Below, piece after piece: positions 62,761 to 64,000 of a DNA stretch of 64,000 nucleotides. Origin of the DNA: Meyerozyma guilliermondii (lineage: Eukaryota). The stretch's first letter is position 1, and every line of letters starts with the position of its first letter. Below the pieces are notes generated by a model that was given only the letters and a program-made list of their open reading frames with translations, searched no databases and was not told the DNA's origin. Position numbers and translations under genes: made by a program. The stretch spans positions 1,798,001-1,862,000 of the forward strand of contig CP128815.1 of assembly GCA_051546255.1 (NCBI GenBank), read 5' to 3'.

Positions 62761-63636
62761 ATGAACACAGAACCACGCACCGGTGTCCAGCTCGAGCGTG
62801 AGCGGGTCACCTGCTTGCTCCTCATCAATACCCAACTCATGAAAAAGGCTATAAACTTATATGTCAACATTCTTACAAATCAACAAGCTCTTCAGCTGCT
62901 CCCGCCTCAGAACAAACAGTCGATAATTGAGCTGTATCAAAATTGTACCCGTAGACTTCATTGCAATTTAGCAGTTCTTTCAACTGTGCACGAGAAATAC
63001 CACTCGACCGTGCCTCTGCTGGCTCAACCAAACAAACCTCAGTTTCCAGTCATCATGTCGGCTCCACCAGATATGCCAGAACTCAACCAACTTTACACCA
63101 AATTGCAAGAATTATATCCAGATGCGGTCCGGTTCTTGAAGATGAAATACCAGCAGTTGCGCAAACAGGCTCAGGGGTCGCCGGTGGGTCAGATGCCTGG
63201 AATGCAAAACATGCAAAACATGCCTCAAAATACCCAAAGTATGCCGCAAAATACCCAAAACATGCCACAAGGTATGGCTCAAAATAAACCACAAGGTATG
63301 CCGCAAAACATTCCCCAGAACATGCAAAACATGTCGAATATGCTGAACATGTCGAACGTGCCAATGCCTCAAAACATCATGCAACAAACACCCACCTACT
63401 CGCCGGCTCTATCCCAGGCTCTGCAGCCCGCCATGACACCCAGTAGCGCCACTTTTGGCGGCGGAAATAAAGACGACTTTATGATGCCTTCGCAGCAGTC
63501 GCAGTTTTCGGGCTTTAATCCACAGGCAGTGAACTCGGGCTACCAGAACGTATCGCAAGAACCTCAGATGCTGGCCATGTCGCCACAGCAGATACTCCAG
63601 CAGGCCAATACCGGGACCATGGACTTCTACTCGTGA
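62761..63636 (+). CDS. SSXT/SS18-like (Snf11-type) SWI/SNF subunit candidate with Q/M/N/P-rich tail
   Basis: LLINTQLMKK...Y..RLHCNLAVLS resembles the SSXT domain; MPQNTQ-type repeats follow. Confidence 0.55.
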   Translation: MNTEPRTGVQLERERVTCLLLINTQLMKKAINLYVNILTNQQALQLLPPQNKQSIIELYQNCTRRLHCNLAVLSTVHEKYHSTVPLLAQPNKPQFPVIMSAPPDMPELNQLYTKLQELYPDAVRFLKMKYQQLRKQAQGSPVGQMPGMQNMQNMPQNTQSMPQNTQNMPQGMAQNKPQGMPQNIPQNMQNMSNMLNMSNVPMPQNIMQQTPTYSPALSQALQPAMTPSSATFGGGNKDDFMMPSQQSQFSGFNPQAVNSGYQNVSQEPQMLAMSPQQILQQANTGTMDFYS

Positions 63637-63657
63637 ATTTATTTTGGTCTATTACTA

Positions 63658-64000
63658 TCAATCGTCCATCGCCTGGAACTCATCGTTGACAATGTCGTTA
63701 TAGCCCCCAAGGCTTGTCGATGGAAACTCCAAATCCCGCCCTTCGTCGGGGTTCCACGCCGTATTGGTGGGACCCATATTCAACCACACCGCTTCATGGG
63801 TGATTTCGTTCCACAATTTGTGCTCTTCGCTGGAAAATGCGAATCCTTCAATGTCCGCCAAATCGCCGTTGTTATTGGGCAAAATCTGTGGTGCCAAATC
63901 GGTGTCGGCATGCATTCCTATGGCTGTGTCTTGCGGAAGAGGCTCGTGGTCCGGAACGAATCCGTGGCTAAATTCAGTACTATCATTGTTCAGCGACGTT
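63658..64000 (-). CDS. 3' end of a gene running off the window; acidic/aromatic C-terminus
   Basis: The frame stays open from position 64000 to the stop at 63658. Product cannot be identified. Confidence 0.6.
   Translation of the reverse strand, partial: TSLNNDSTEFSHGFVPDHEPLPQDTAIGMHADTDLAPQILPNNNGDLADIEGFAFSSEEHKLWNEITHEAVWLNMGPTNTAWNPDEGRDLEFPSTSLGGYNDIVNDEFQAMDD

Overview
Gene-dense eukaryotic DNA from a budding yeast of the CUG-Ser (CTG) clade. CTG codons fall at conserved Ser positions in RPN11, GDI1, SAE2, SAD1 and NSA2, so the ORF-track translations need translation table 12. Composition and compactness suggest a Meyerozyma/Debaryomycetaceae-like species (inference). The window holds about 37 protein-coding genes, mostly conserved housekeeping loci: EDC3, an MCH-type MFS transporter, a UBX protein, PTR3, CYS4, DST1, RNA15, PTI1, a SAN1-like E3, NSA2, LCP5, MPT5, SAE2, NUP49, BUD13, AGC1, COX19, XRN1, PAN3, SSK1, LSM5, DDI1, an aldo-keto reductase, GDI1, a prolidase, RPN11, SAD1, SAM35, PAA1, HAT2, a SulP permease, AIM45 and an SNF11/SS18-like gene. 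It also contains one tRNA-Glu(UUC) and two spliceosomal introns missed by the ORF track (COX19, 45 nt; XRN1, 111 nt). No transposon or CRISPR was seen. The best leads are: (1) an unannotated membrane protein with the architecture of an Atg39-like selective-autophagy receptor and a 36-bp repeat array; (2) a tandem RNA15-tRNA-PTI1 paralog pair; (3) an orphan ORF with an RVxF motif and a URS1-like site; (4) a CUG-codon microsatellite in a zinc-finger TF; (5) a prolidase with a possible tail anchor; (6) runs of tandem genes with spacers mostly under 150 bp; and (7) a recurrent TGCGA/CGCGA element near start codons. Gene names and S. cerevisiae gene orders come from recalled knowledge, not database searches.
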